In this document: in pieces, positions 12,580 through 22,067 of the stretch
Numbering within the stretch: the first letter of the stretch is position 1
How the letters are laid out: every line of letters begins with the position of its first letter
Source of the DNA: Candidatus Poribacteria bacterium
GTDB taxonomy: Bacteria > Poribacteria > WGA-4E > PCPOR2b
Assembly (NCBI GenBank): GCA_965116925.1
Contig: OZ220744.1
Location: forward strand, 6,144,001 to 6,208,000
DNA length: 64,000 nt
Direction: 5' to 3'
Translations under genes and position numbers: made by a program
Notes under the pieces: generated by a model
Told to the model about the DNA's origin: nothing
The model's input: the letters and a program-made list of their open reading frames with translations, nothing else
Database searches by the model: none

Positions 12580-13125
12580 ATGAGAGTAAATGAAGAGATG
12601 TCGTTTTGGGACAGGCTTTATATTCCCGGACTTATTAAGGGCATGCTCACGACACTGAAGCACATTCCCAAGCGGAAGTTTACTTATCAGTATCCCGAAG
12701 ATCCACGGAGTGTTGAGGAGCGCAATGATCGCTATCGTGGCGTTCATAAGCTACCGTTAGATCCGGAAGGAAATGTTAAATGTGTGGCGTGTTTCATGTG
12801 TGCAACAGCCTGCCCGGCAGATTGTATTACCATTCAAGGCGGTCCTGCGCCCGAAGGCTGGAAAACGAAAGAAGGTTATCAACGCGAAAAATATCCTGAA
12901 GTTTTTGAAATTAATATGCTGCGTTGCATCTTCTGTGGATACTGTGTTGAAGCGTGTCCAGAGGATGCAATCCAGATGACAGGAATTACACTCCCGCAAT
13001 ACTTTAGAGAAAGACAAAAAGAGGGTGAAGTGCTCGGCGGTTCGCGGAAAGATTTCATCTTTGATCAAGAGATGTTGATAGCTAATAATGATATTCCCGA
13101 ACAGGGGCTTCATCCGGATTCGTAA
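12580..13125 (+). CDS. nuoI: NADH-quinone oxidoreductase subunit I (2x[4Fe-4S]); start uncertain
   Basis: TYQYPE, RYRGVHKL, CVACFMCATACP, EINMLRCIFCGYCVEACPEDAI. Confidence 0.9.
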   Translation: MRVNEEMSFWDRLYIPGLIKGMLTTLKHIPKRKFTYQYPEDPRSVEERNDRYRGVHKLPLDPEGNVKCVACFMCATACPADCITIQGGPAPEGWKTKEGYQREKYPEVFEINMLRCIFCGYCVEACPEDAIQMTGITLPQYFRERQKEGEVLGGSRKDFIFDQEMLIANNDIPEQGLHPDS

Positions 13126-13336
13126 GTACCCGAACATGAGTTTACTTTGGGGTGGTGGCTACCCACTAAGCGCGTAGGAATAGACTCTACCCGACAGAAT
13201 GTGCAGAGATTTTTAATCAGATACTTAAACGAGAAGTACGCACATCTCGACATGAACTTTTAGGGCAAGGCTTCCCATACCTCTGAGGTATAGTACGGGA
13301 AAGAATTGCCCATTTTTTGTTGAATATGTTAAGGAA

Positions 13337-16213
13337 ATGACTTTGGACAAAGATCAACCGAATCAAATTCAAGACCTATCCCTAAACTTTAGTTCAGATT
13401 CTCTCTTTGCTTTAACGGATAAGATAAAGGCGAGCGTTGAAGGACGGATCAGTTGGGGTGATACCTTTGGGATGGGACTTGGCGCGAAGAATGACAAATA
13501 CCTGCTCATCTGGACGCCAAAGAAATCGTCCGAAGGGCAAGTTCTCCCCGGCTTTGACTCAGAAGACGGAGAACTCACACTCAAAATGAGACCGCGACCC
13601 GGTGCTTGGATTTCTTGGATTGACGAAGTCAAAATTGCGACGGAAGCGAAGGATGACCATGACCGTGTTCGTAAGAGTGTGCAAGAACTGGAGCGTAACA
13701 CACGTCAAGTAACGGACTTTGCCGATGGTGTTCTCAAAGATATTACCACCGTACATCTAGGTAAATCCCTCACGTTGTCGGAGATGGTTCAAGAGGTTTT
13801 GAAAGTCGAGTTCACAATACCAACCGCTGTCAAAACCGGCGGGTATGTCCTCGCATCATCACAAGAAACCGCATCCGGATTAGCGAAGGTCATCATTCCA
13901 GAACAGACGAATATTCATGGTGTGCATCTGAACGAGGATGAACTGCTCGATTCAGTTGCCATGAGCGATTACGATCGGCTCTTGGTTATTCATCGTACGC
14001 ATATCAAACACTATCCCGATCTCCTCGACATTAACTACTGTTTAAGACTTAGTGAGTATCTCCAAGGTAAGCCGATACAGGAGGAGGAAGGGCAGGACAA
14101 ATCGCCTCACCCCGCGCAAGGCTTAAGACCGATAGCGATATTTCCAACGGCGGCTGTCTATAATCCCTTGTCTCCAGACAGTATCAAATTCGTTGTTACC
14201 GCACTCAATGATGACTACGATGCAATCCGCGAAGCCGTTACGGAATGCTCGTCAATCATCGATGAGTACATGTCGCAGGCAAATCAGCGTGCACATGAAA
14301 TCATGACGAACTTCCAAGGGCGTATTGATGGTCGGCTTCAAGCACTTACGCTCCAACCGGGTCAACGGATTTATGAGAGGGTTTGGGATGACCTAGCAAT
14401 TGATGAGCTGCGAAATCAGCTATTTGAATTCAGCGAATTTTTTGGCAAATATATCGGTGAACACCTAGAGGCAGATAATGTGGAATCTAGGAAAGAATCG
14501 CTCAGGAACAGTATCGATTTAATCATCGAGGCATGGCAACTTCAGGATTCGCGTCAAACCACTATCAGGCATCTCATCCTCGCTGGCTACAAATTGGCGA
14601 ATCAAGTACTGGATCAAGCGACGGGACTTTTCTATGACCTTGTATTTGAAAAGTATTTTATTGAAGCTGGGCTCCTCCGTACAATTGAATTGATGGTACT
14701 TGAGGAGGGGGAACTTCTAGATGAAATTCGCTTGCCAGAATGGACGGACAAAACGGTACGAGACCGAATCTACCGCCTCGCGCTGAATCCGGCTATCCAT
14801 CCCAAACAGACTGAGAGGCTGCGGGATTTATGGATAGAATTGCTAGAGATCGCGAATTTTGCGGACAGACATCAACAACAATTTGAATCTATTCTCAAAC
14901 CACTGTCTGACGTTCTGTTGATGCCTAAGCACTCCACTGCCCCGAGCGGAAATTCGGGGGCACGCAACATCTCGCTCCGCAGAGGGAATACTTTTGAAGG
15001 GTTTGGAATTTCGGAAAAGATATTTGAAGATGCCTTGAGCCGCATCCACGACAATTTCCCTGTAATTAAACGATGGATTCAGAATACGCCAGAAGAACGG
15101 AGCGGACATGAACCCTATTATAGGACATTGTGGACAATACTCACCGAGGGGTTGGTTCGTGAGCATCTCTGCGAAGATTTTCAGCCAATTTTCGACATCA
15201 ATCTCAGCCTCCCGTTAGAAACGAAGAGATTAATGGACCTCGTGCTTGGCGGAAAAATTGTTATACGCAATGAAAAGGATTTAAATAGCCTGAAACGGAA
15301 TCTTGACCGTGCCTTACAAGCGAAAATTGGTCGTGGGCTACAGGAAATTAGTACGCCTACTATGCTGCAAATTCATAGCGATACCACCCTGTGTACACTT
15401 CGTGAGGAATTGCTAGCATACCAGCAGACGCTTGATAAGCAACTGATCCGCGCAACGAATCCCAAAGCCTCCAAAAAGCAGGGCAAAGGGAAAAAGGGAC
15501 GGAAAAAGGGGAAATCTCCCGAATCCGCTGCAAAAGTGATAGCAGCAATTGAAGAGGAAAAACCGAAGATTACCGAACTTATAGAGTTCCTGAATTCCTA
15601 TACCAATGCGCCGTTAACGCTGTTGGAGACAGCGATCACTCCACATTCTCAGCAAATCAATCAGATACGCGAGCATCAGGTGCTGAATTTCGATCTGCAA
15701 TCGCTGCCACCGATCGAGGATACATGGCTGGAGAACGTGAAATCGCCCGATGAATATCCAAACTTGCGTGCATTCCTGTTTGAAAACAAGTTGCCTATTT
15801 CCACCACCGGGCGCGCATTGACAAAGTTGAGAAGGATCTTTCCTAACTCCACTGATGTAGGGGACGCTTCGGTGAATGTGTTTAATATCGCCATTGACCT
15901 ACTCCTAGAGTTAAGAGCACTCCAAGATGCCGGCTATGAGGGCGATACGCTGCAACGATATGCAGACTACATTTCTGAAAAATTGTGGCGGTGGGAGTTG
16001 ACACAGATTACAGAAACAGAGATGCCAATCCTGATTAAAGAAAAGGTGTTATCCTCCCTAATCTGTTACGAAAAGGAGATCGAAACACTCCTAGAATACG
16101 TTGAGCGCTACGAGCGGTTATTAGAAACAAAGCTTGCCCCTGAATCTGAGATGGATAAACAGCGCGAATTGCTAGAAGAAAACTTCCAGACGCTGATTGA
16201 AACGCTTATGTAA
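13337..16213 (+). CDS. Large hypothetical protein (958 aa, helical/coiled-coil rich)
   Basis: Uninterrupted ORF with AAGGA RBS; no motif recognised; Lys-rich insert KASKKQGKGKKGRKKGK. Confidence 0.75.
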   Translation: MTLDKDQPNQIQDLSLNFSSDSLFALTDKIKASVEGRISWGDTFGMGLGAKNDKYLLIWTPKKSSEGQVLPGFDSEDGELTLKMRPRPGAWISWIDEVKIATEAKDDHDRVRKSVQELERNTRQVTDFADGVLKDITTVHLGKSLTLSEMVQEVLKVEFTIPTAVKTGGYVLASSQETASGLAKVIIPEQTNIHGVHLNEDELLDSVAMSDYDRLLVIHRTHIKHYPDLLDINYCLRLSEYLQGKPIQEEEGQDKSPHPAQGLRPIAIFPTAAVYNPLSPDSIKFVVTALNDDYDAIREAVTECSSIIDEYMSQANQRAHEIMTNFQGRIDGRLQALTLQPGQRIYERVWDDLAIDELRNQLFEFSEFFGKYIGEHLEADNVESRKESLRNSIDLIIEAWQLQDSRQTTIRHLILAGYKLANQVLDQATGLFYDLVFEKYFIEAGLLRTIELMVLEEGELLDEIRLPEWTDKTVRDRIYRLALNPAIHPKQTERLRDLWIELLEIANFADRHQQQFESILKPLSDVLLMPKHSTAPSGNSGARNISLRRGNTFEGFGISEKIFEDALSRIHDNFPVIKRWIQNTPEERSGHEPYYRTLWTILTEGLVREHLCEDFQPIFDINLSLPLETKRLMDLVLGGKIVIRNEKDLNSLKRNLDRALQAKIGRGLQEISTPTMLQIHSDTTLCTLREELLAYQQTLDKQLIRATNPKASKKQGKGKKGRKKGKSPESAAKVIAAIEEEKPKITELIEFLNSYTNAPLTLLETAITPHSQQINQIREHQVLNFDLQSLPPIEDTWLENVKSPDEYPNLRAFLFENKLPISTTGRALTKLRRIFPNSTDVGDASVNVFNIAIDLLLELRALQDAGYEGDTLQRYADYISEKLWRWELTQITETEMPILIKEKVLSSLICYEKEIETLLEYVERYERLLETKLAPESEMDKQRELLEENFQTLIETLM

Positions 16214-16265
16214 GCCCGTTTACCGAAGTTGTCAAACCCCAACTTTTGGATTGGTTGCAGTTGAA

Positions 16266-17144
16266 ATGAAGATATGTCTCCTTGGAGGGGGAAGTTGTAT
16301 TGCTCCTGTTGCATCAACAATTTGTCGCTTGAACCTCTTTTCTGAAGTTGTTTGGGTGGATGATAAGCTAGTGCCACTCCGGGATACGCTCCAAGATCTA
16401 AAACAAGCAGCTGCAGTTGGGGGAGTTGACACGGAACTACGTGTGACTCACGATTGGTCGGCACTGGCAGATTCGCAGATTGTAATTCTATTTCCCCACG
16501 CATCACACCCTATTCAAGCGCAACGTCGAGCGAATACCTTGTTAGCTCAACATTTTGCTCGGCATATCAAAAGTCATGCGCCTAAGGCACGGGTCATCGT
16601 CGCAATGCCTTCAGCATGTTCGATCGCTTTTTACGTTTACCGTGAGCTTGAGGGGGAGGCTAGCCAAGTGATTGGACTATCTGGTGGGATAGCGGGTGCG
16701 TATCTGAAAGCCCAAATTGCCCATCAGTTGAGCGTGTCTGTGCAAGATGTCACGGTTCTTGCCATCGGAAATGACGAAACAATCCATCCGCTGCCGCAAT
16801 ACTGCCGTGTAAATGGTATACCGTTGGATGAGTTATTAAACGAAAGCCAAATTGATCCGTTGATGGGGGCGGTGCAGGATACACATAAGAAATCTAGAAC
16901 CATAGATGCACCATATACGTTAGCTGCTTGGATTGCACAAATTGTCACGGCAATTGCCTTGGATAAGAAGCGAATCGTGTGTGTCAGTTCCCTGATTCAA
17001 TCGAGCGCAGCGCAAGTTTACCTCAACGTTCCGACGCAGATTGGTCAGGATGGGGCTGAATCGGTTCTTCAGCTCGATTTGACTGACGCCCAGCGCGAAC
17101 AGTTTACCGAATTGGTGACAAAGAGCGTTAAAGAACAACGATGA
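16266..17144 (+). CDS. Lactate/malate dehydrogenase-fold protein lacking catalytic residues
   Basis: MKICLLGGG Rossmann start, ALADSQIVI, RVNGIPL, AIALDKKRI, NVPTQIGQDG follow the LDH/MDH layout, but active-site motifs are degenerate. Confidence 0.75.
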   Translation: MKICLLGGGSCIAPVASTICRLNLFSEVVWVDDKLVPLRDTLQDLKQAAAVGGVDTELRVTHDWSALADSQIVILFPHASHPIQAQRRANTLLAQHFARHIKSHAPKARVIVAMPSACSIAFYVYRELEGEASQVIGLSGGIAGAYLKAQIAHQLSVSVQDVTVLAIGNDETIHPLPQYCRVNGIPLDELLNESQIDPLMGAVQDTHKKSRTIDAPYTLAAWIAQIVTAIALDKKRIVCVSSLIQSSAAQVYLNVPTQIGQDGAESVLQLDLTDAQREQFTELVTKSVKEQR

Positions 17145-17172
17145 TTTTAGCCGACCTGATGCGAGGGAAAAA

Positions 17173-18282
17173 ATGAGAGAGATATATCAGAAAGTAATTG
17201 AACTAATTGAATCCGACGAGATTGGTGCCTACTGTACGGTTGTAGAAACAAAGGGATCCACGCCACAAAAACCGGGATCCAAGTTGCTGATTTTACCGGA
17301 CCTGCGAAATGTTGGGACGCTCGGCGGTGGGTGCGTAGAGGCAGAGGCCCGGCGACAGGCAATCGGGTTGATGCAGGGGGGCGTCCCACGTCTGCTCGAT
17401 TTTCAGCTAGATAGCGACTACGGGTGGGACGACGGCCTGATATGCGGTGGGAATATGAAGATTTTCATTGACCTACCCCAAACCAAAGAGGAGTCGTTGA
17501 TATTAACCCGACTACAGGAACTCTCAGAGGCAAAAATCCCCCTCGTTTCAACCACAGTTGTTAAAAGTGAGGTAGACCATATCCAAGCCGGCGCGAAGAT
17601 GCTGTTCGCAGCTAACGGCGAAAAGGTCAGTTCGTTGGGAGATGCGGGGTTGGAGACAGCACTGCAAGATGAATTGATGGAGGTCCTAGAGAAGGATGCT
17701 CCTGGTGTGTTTCGTTGGCAAGAGGGAGCGGTCTGGGTCTTTATGGATGCAGTGCAGCCACGTCCCACGCTGCTCATTGCCGGCGCAGGCCATGTCGGGC
17801 AAGCCCTATGCCATCTTGGAAAATGGATCGGCTTTAACGTCGCAATCGTTGATGACCGTGTGGATTTCGCCTCTGAAGAACGACTTCCCGAAGCCGACGA
17901 GATTATTATCGGTGATATTGCGGAAGAGTTGCGTAAGTATCCCGTTGATCATCTGACTTACGCTGTCATTGTTACGCGGGGACACCAACACGATGAGGAG
18001 GCTCTCCACAGCGTCATTGAGTCAAATGCACGTTATGTCGGTCTGATCGGCAGCCGTCGGAAGATTAAGTTGATCTACGACGATTTGAGGGATATGGGTA
18101 TCTCAGAAGAGACATTAGCGAAAGTGTACGCGCCGATCGGATTGGATATCAACTCCAAAACTGTGCCGGAGATTGCAGTGAGCATCGCTGCACAACTCAT
18201 CCAGGTCCGCAATAGTACAAAGCCAGACCTCCACTTTGATGCACAACCGGCGAGAATGCCCACGATTAAAGTCGGCACATAA
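17173..18282 (+). CDS. XdhC/CoxI family molybdoenzyme maturation factor
   Basis: TKGSTPQKPG, GTLGGGCVE, GLICGG, GAGHVG, TRGHQHD, GLIGSRRK, PIGLDI, PEIAVSI. Confidence 0.92.
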   Translation: MREIYQKVIELIESDEIGAYCTVVETKGSTPQKPGSKLLILPDLRNVGTLGGGCVEAEARRQAIGLMQGGVPRLLDFQLDSDYGWDDGLICGGNMKIFIDLPQTKEESLILTRLQELSEAKIPLVSTTVVKSEVDHIQAGAKMLFAANGEKVSSLGDAGLETALQDELMEVLEKDAPGVFRWQEGAVWVFMDAVQPRPTLLIAGAGHVGQALCHLGKWIGFNVAIVDDRVDFASEERLPEADEIIIGDIAEELRKYPVDHLTYAVIVTRGHQHDEEALHSVIESNARYVGLIGSRRKIKLIYDDLRDMGISEETLAKVYAPIGLDINSKTVPEIAVSIAAQLIQVRNSTKPDLHFDAQPARMPTIKVGT

Positions 18283-18297
18283 GTGATAGCAATTCAT

Positions 18298-19712
18298 CAA
18301 CTCTTCGCAGTGGAGCCTCCGTTCTTTAGAGCGGGGAGGAAACTGCGCTCCTTTTTCGTTGAAAAGTTGTGTGAAATATGGTACAATTCTTATGGCTTTC
18401 GTAGGGGATTTCTACCATCCCGAACCCTTCGGGATGTCCCCTACACCTCGTAGAAAAGGAATGAAAGCCAGAAAGCTAACCAGCATGAAAAAGACTTATG
18501 AATATCGCGCCTATCCTACGACTAAACAGCGACATACTTTTTTGCTTTGGCTTGCGTTGTTGCGCACTCTCTATAATCAAGCGTTAGCGTGGCGGATAGA
18601 CGCTTACCAGAAAAATAATGATTCTGTCAAATGGACGACCCAAGCCAACGCCTTACCTGACTTGAAAACAGCCTCCAAGGCTTATGCAGGACTTCACGCG
18701 GATGTTCTCCAAGATGCGATGCGCCGTTTGGATAAAGCGTACAAAGCATTCTTCCGCCGTGCCAAGAACGGGGCGGCACCGGGCTTCCCCCGCTTCAAAG
18801 GCGAAGGGCGCTACCGGTCAATGACCTTTAGCCACCTGTCCAAGCGGCTCATCCGGAATGTGCGTCGTAAGTTTGCCAAAGTCGTTGTTCCGAAAATAGG
18901 ACACCTCAAGATCCGTTATCACCGCCCCTTAGCCGATGGCAACATCAAGAATCTGACGGTCATCAAGCGAGCCAGTGGTTGGTATGTAACTATCTGCGTC
19001 GAAGTGCCAGATCCTATAGAAGTCCCTGTCCACACAACGATCGGCGTAGATGTGGGACTTAACTCGTTTGCTGTCGATTCTGATGGCGAACATATCCCAA
19101 ACCCCCGCCATTATCGTCAGTCTGAAAAGCGACTTGGCAAACATCAACGCGTATTGTCTCGCCGCAAAAAGGGGAGCCGTCGCCGAGCAAAACAACGTGA
19201 GATTGTCGCCCGTTGCCATCAACGGATAGCGAATCAGCGCAAGGATTTTCAGTTCAAGGCGGCCCATCGTATCCTTGAACGATGTGATGAGGTCGCTGTA
19301 GAGAATCTGACCATCACCAATATGTTGAAGAACCACTACCTCGCCAAGAGTATATCTGACGCGGGCTGGGGTAGCTTTCGATTGAAACTGCAAAGCAAGG
19401 CTGCAAGTGCCGGCAAGCAGTTCACGAAAGTGAAGCCTCACCATACCAGTCAGAAATGCTCCGGTTGTAATGAAGTTGTGCCTAAACAGTTGTCGGATCG
19501 GCTCCATGATTGCCCCCATTGTGGGTTGGTCCTCAATAGAGACCATAACGCCGCGATAAATATCAAAAAGGCTGCTGTAGCCTTGCGTGGAGGTGCGTCG
19601 GTTGCAAACGACCCCGAAATCCCCCGTCAGGGGACAGAAGCGCAGAACCTTGTAAGACCCGTTGGACGGACGTTTCAAACAAGCACCGTCACTTCAGGGC
19701 GGGGTAACTGAC
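18298..19712 (+). mobile_element. IS200/IS605-family (IS1341-like) tnpB-only element
   Basis: Left-end hairpin gagcctccgttctttagagcgggg after TTCAT; right end aagcaccgtcacttcagggcggggtaactgac; no tnpA. Boundaries are approximate. Confidence 0.7.
18485..19711 (+). CDS. tnpB: TnpB RNA-guided endonuclease
   Basis: KTYEYRAYPT, GFPRFK, RuvC GVDVG / VENL / RDHNAAINI, zinc finger CSGC..CPHC. Confidence 0.93.
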   Translation: MKKTYEYRAYPTTKQRHTFLLWLALLRTLYNQALAWRIDAYQKNNDSVKWTTQANALPDLKTASKAYAGLHADVLQDAMRRLDKAYKAFFRRAKNGAAPGFPRFKGEGRYRSMTFSHLSKRLIRNVRRKFAKVVVPKIGHLKIRYHRPLADGNIKNLTVIKRASGWYVTICVEVPDPIEVPVHTTIGVDVGLNSFAVDSDGEHIPNPRHYRQSEKRLGKHQRVLSRRKKGSRRRAKQREIVARCHQRIANQRKDFQFKAAHRILERCDEVAVENLTITNMLKNHYLAKSISDAGWGSFRLKLQSKAASAGKQFTKVKPHHTSQKCSGCNEVVPKQLSDRLHDCPHCGLVLNRDHNAAINIKKAAVALRGGASVANDPEIPRQGTEAQNLVRPVGRTFQTSTVTSGRGN

Positions 19713-19715
19713 TCA

Positions 19716-20066
19716 ATGGCGACAAAAACTTCACCAACTATTCAATTAGATGATGATAGATACACTGCAAAAGAGGTCGTTGAATTTGCAAAGATTGCCC
19801 TAGATTTTATCGGGGAACAGGGGGCTGACAGCGATCTCCAGTATGCTGCGTCCGATGTCTACTGGATCTTGCGAAACCTGCTTGACTATGTGAACGGACA
19901 TGCAGGCGGAGAATTTACCCTCAAACGTCTCAGAAAAGGTTCGTGGGGACTGGAGTACAACGATAAAACATCGGCAAAGCGCAAAGCCGATGATGCTGCA
20001 CATCGAGAGATTAAGCGCACGGCGGAATATCTCCAACAACTAAAAGCTCGCCGCTCAACTTGGTAA
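19716..20066 (+). CDS. Hypothetical protein
   Basis: ATG lies 3 nt after the IS right end; 116-aa ORF. Confidence 0.55.
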   Translation: MATKTSPTIQLDDDRYTAKEVVEFAKIALDFIGEQGADSDLQYAASDVYWILRNLLDYVNGHAGGEFTLKRLRKGSWGLEYNDKTSAKRKADDAAHREIKRTAEYLQQLKARRSTW

Positions 20067-20091
20067 CGAACTGTTGCTTCATTCTCGCACC

Positions 20092-20158
20092 GTAGGCGGG
20101 GCATCTTGCCCCGCCATTACCGGCCTGCAAACCTGTAGGCGGGGCATCTTGCCCCGCC
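20092..20158. repeat. Tandem REP-like hairpins GTAGGCGGGGCATCTTGCCCCGCC (2 copies)
   Basis: Two identical GTAG-led palindromes between convergent genes; related copy near 53908. Confidence 0.75.
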
Positions 20159-20186
20159 GATTCACTTACAATACCTTAGACTATCT

Positions 20187-21977
20187 CTAGTGTGTTGTGA
20201 TCCGATGTCCATCACTGGTAACTTCTTCGATAAGCGAATTGTAAACCTCTCGGAGGCTCGGATCACAGATGTCGCAGAGATTACAGCGATAATCGCTATC
20301 GACACTTTCCCCGAAATACTGCCGCACCACCACACCCCGGCAGCTATCCGTCCTCACATAGCGGATCATCTGGTCAAGCTGACGCCGCTTGTTTTGAATA
20401 TACTGCTTCCCACCTATCTTCTCCTCAGAGATGTTATCAAACAGTTTGCTCCCGTGATACAACTCAATCAATACTGTATCCTCTGCACCGGAGTAGCTTA
20501 GATACCCATCGCTTTGCAGGTCGGTCAACTCCTCTATCAATTGGCTGGGATGTAGGTTGTGTTCTTGGCAGAAATCTATGACTCGGATTTTTGGCTGATC
20601 CCGTAGACTGTCCAATACCCTCAACTTGCCGCTTGAATCCTTGATAAGATCTACGGATATACTTGATGGAATGTTATACAGCCTTTGGAGGAAACCAAGT
20701 TTTTCGAGATAACTAATCCCTACCCGAATTTTGCTTTCATCAATCTCATTTACGGATTCCATATCCTGTACTTTGACCACTCGGAACTTGCCGACCGATG
20801 GCGAATCCTCGATCTGTTTTAGCAGCTTTAAGAGGTCTGGCTTACTCGGCGCGCTCTCCTTCATAAAATGCTCGTGCAAACGCCGATCTCCTGAACAGAA
20901 GAACAGGATACACTGTGAATCCTTACCATCCCGTCCCGCGCGTCCCGCTTCCTGATAATAATGTTCAAGCGATCCTGCAATGGTCCAATGAATAACATAC
21001 CGGATGTCAGGCTTATCAATCCCCATCCCGAACGCGTTGGTCGCAACGACGATTTCAATCCCCGCCACTGTATCGTCAAAAAACGCATCTTGCACCCGCG
21101 TCCGTTCCGACTCCTCCCTAGCACCGTGATAGAAATCAACACGGTAACCCTCGCCCTTGAGATATTCCGCGATTTCTTCAGTCTGTCGCCGAGTACCAGC
21201 ATACACAATCCCCTTCCCGGTGAGCTGTTCCAACTGCTTTGCAAGTAACTGATACTTCTCCGGTTCACCCGGCACCTCGCAGACACTGAACTTTAGATTG
21301 GGACGCTCCACACTCTGGATTAAGGTTTCGCACTTTTCAACTCGGAGTTGTTTTACGATATCCTCCCGCACCTCCGGCGTCGCCGTCGCTGTGAATAGCG
21401 CGACTGAATATGGCTTCACCGCTTGGATAGCGATCCGAAGCGCGAGATAGTCCGGTCGGAAATCATGCCCCCACTGGGAGATGCAGTGTGCCTCATCGAC
21501 CACGAACAGCGAAATCTTATGCGATCTTAAGGTATTCAGAAATCGACGGCTCCGAAACCGTTCGGGCGACACATACAGCAGCTTGATCTCACCGTTTTCT
21601 AATCGCTTCAGTTCCTGTTGATACTCCACAGTGGTCAAGCTGCTATTCAGTAAGCCTGACGAATCAATCCCCCTTCCTCGCAAGGCATCTACCTGATCTT
21701 TCATCAGCGAGATTAACGGCGAAATAATCACCGTAAGCCCCGGTAACATCAAGCCGGGCAGCTGGTAACAGATAGATTTGCCAAACGCAGTTGGAAAAGC
21801 TCCGAGCAGATTTTTGCCCAATAGAAGTTTCTCAATCACCTCACGCTGGCCTGTCCGAAAGTCGTCATACCCGAAATGCTCCTTCAACGCTGCCCGTGGG
21901 TCTGGAAGACTATCTAGGGCTTTGTTTCCTTGATTAAGTAAGTTTTCAATTATTCTACGGAGGGCTTCGATAATCAA
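20187..21977 (-). CDS. recQ: RecQ-family ATP-dependent DNA helicase
   Basis: FGYDDFRTGQ, PTAFGKSICYQLP, VDEAHCISQWGHDFRPDY, ATNAFGMGIDKPD, YYQEAGRAGRDG, Zn-binding CR...CNLCDIC. Confidence 0.92.
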   Translation of the reverse strand: MIIEALRRIIENLLNQGNKALDSLPDPRAALKEHFGYDDFRTGQREVIEKLLLGKNLLGAFPTAFGKSICYQLPGLMLPGLTVIISPLISLMKDQVDALRGRGIDSSGLLNSSLTTVEYQQELKRLENGEIKLLYVSPERFRSRRFLNTLRSHKISLFVVDEAHCISQWGHDFRPDYLALRIAIQAVKPYSVALFTATATPEVREDIVKQLRVEKCETLIQSVERPNLKFSVCEVPGEPEKYQLLAKQLEQLTGKGIVYAGTRRQTEEIAEYLKGEGYRVDFYHGAREESERTRVQDAFFDDTVAGIEIVVATNAFGMGIDKPDIRYVIHWTIAGSLEHYYQEAGRAGRDGKDSQCILFFCSGDRRLHEHFMKESAPSKPDLLKLLKQIEDSPSVGKFRVVKVQDMESVNEIDESKIRVGISYLEKLGFLQRLYNIPSSISVDLIKDSSGKLRVLDSLRDQPKIRVIDFCQEHNLHPSQLIEELTDLQSDGYLSYSGAEDTVLIELYHGSKLFDNISEEKIGGKQYIQNKRRQLDQMIRYVRTDSCRGVVVRQYFGESVDSDYRCNLCDICDPSLREVYNSLIEEVTSDGHRITTH

Positions 21978-22067
21978 TCAGAAGTTCCTTCCTTTGGATA
22001 AACGAGCGATGAATCGCCCAATTATGAATAGCTACCAACCCACTGATACGAAAAATTAATCCGTCTC

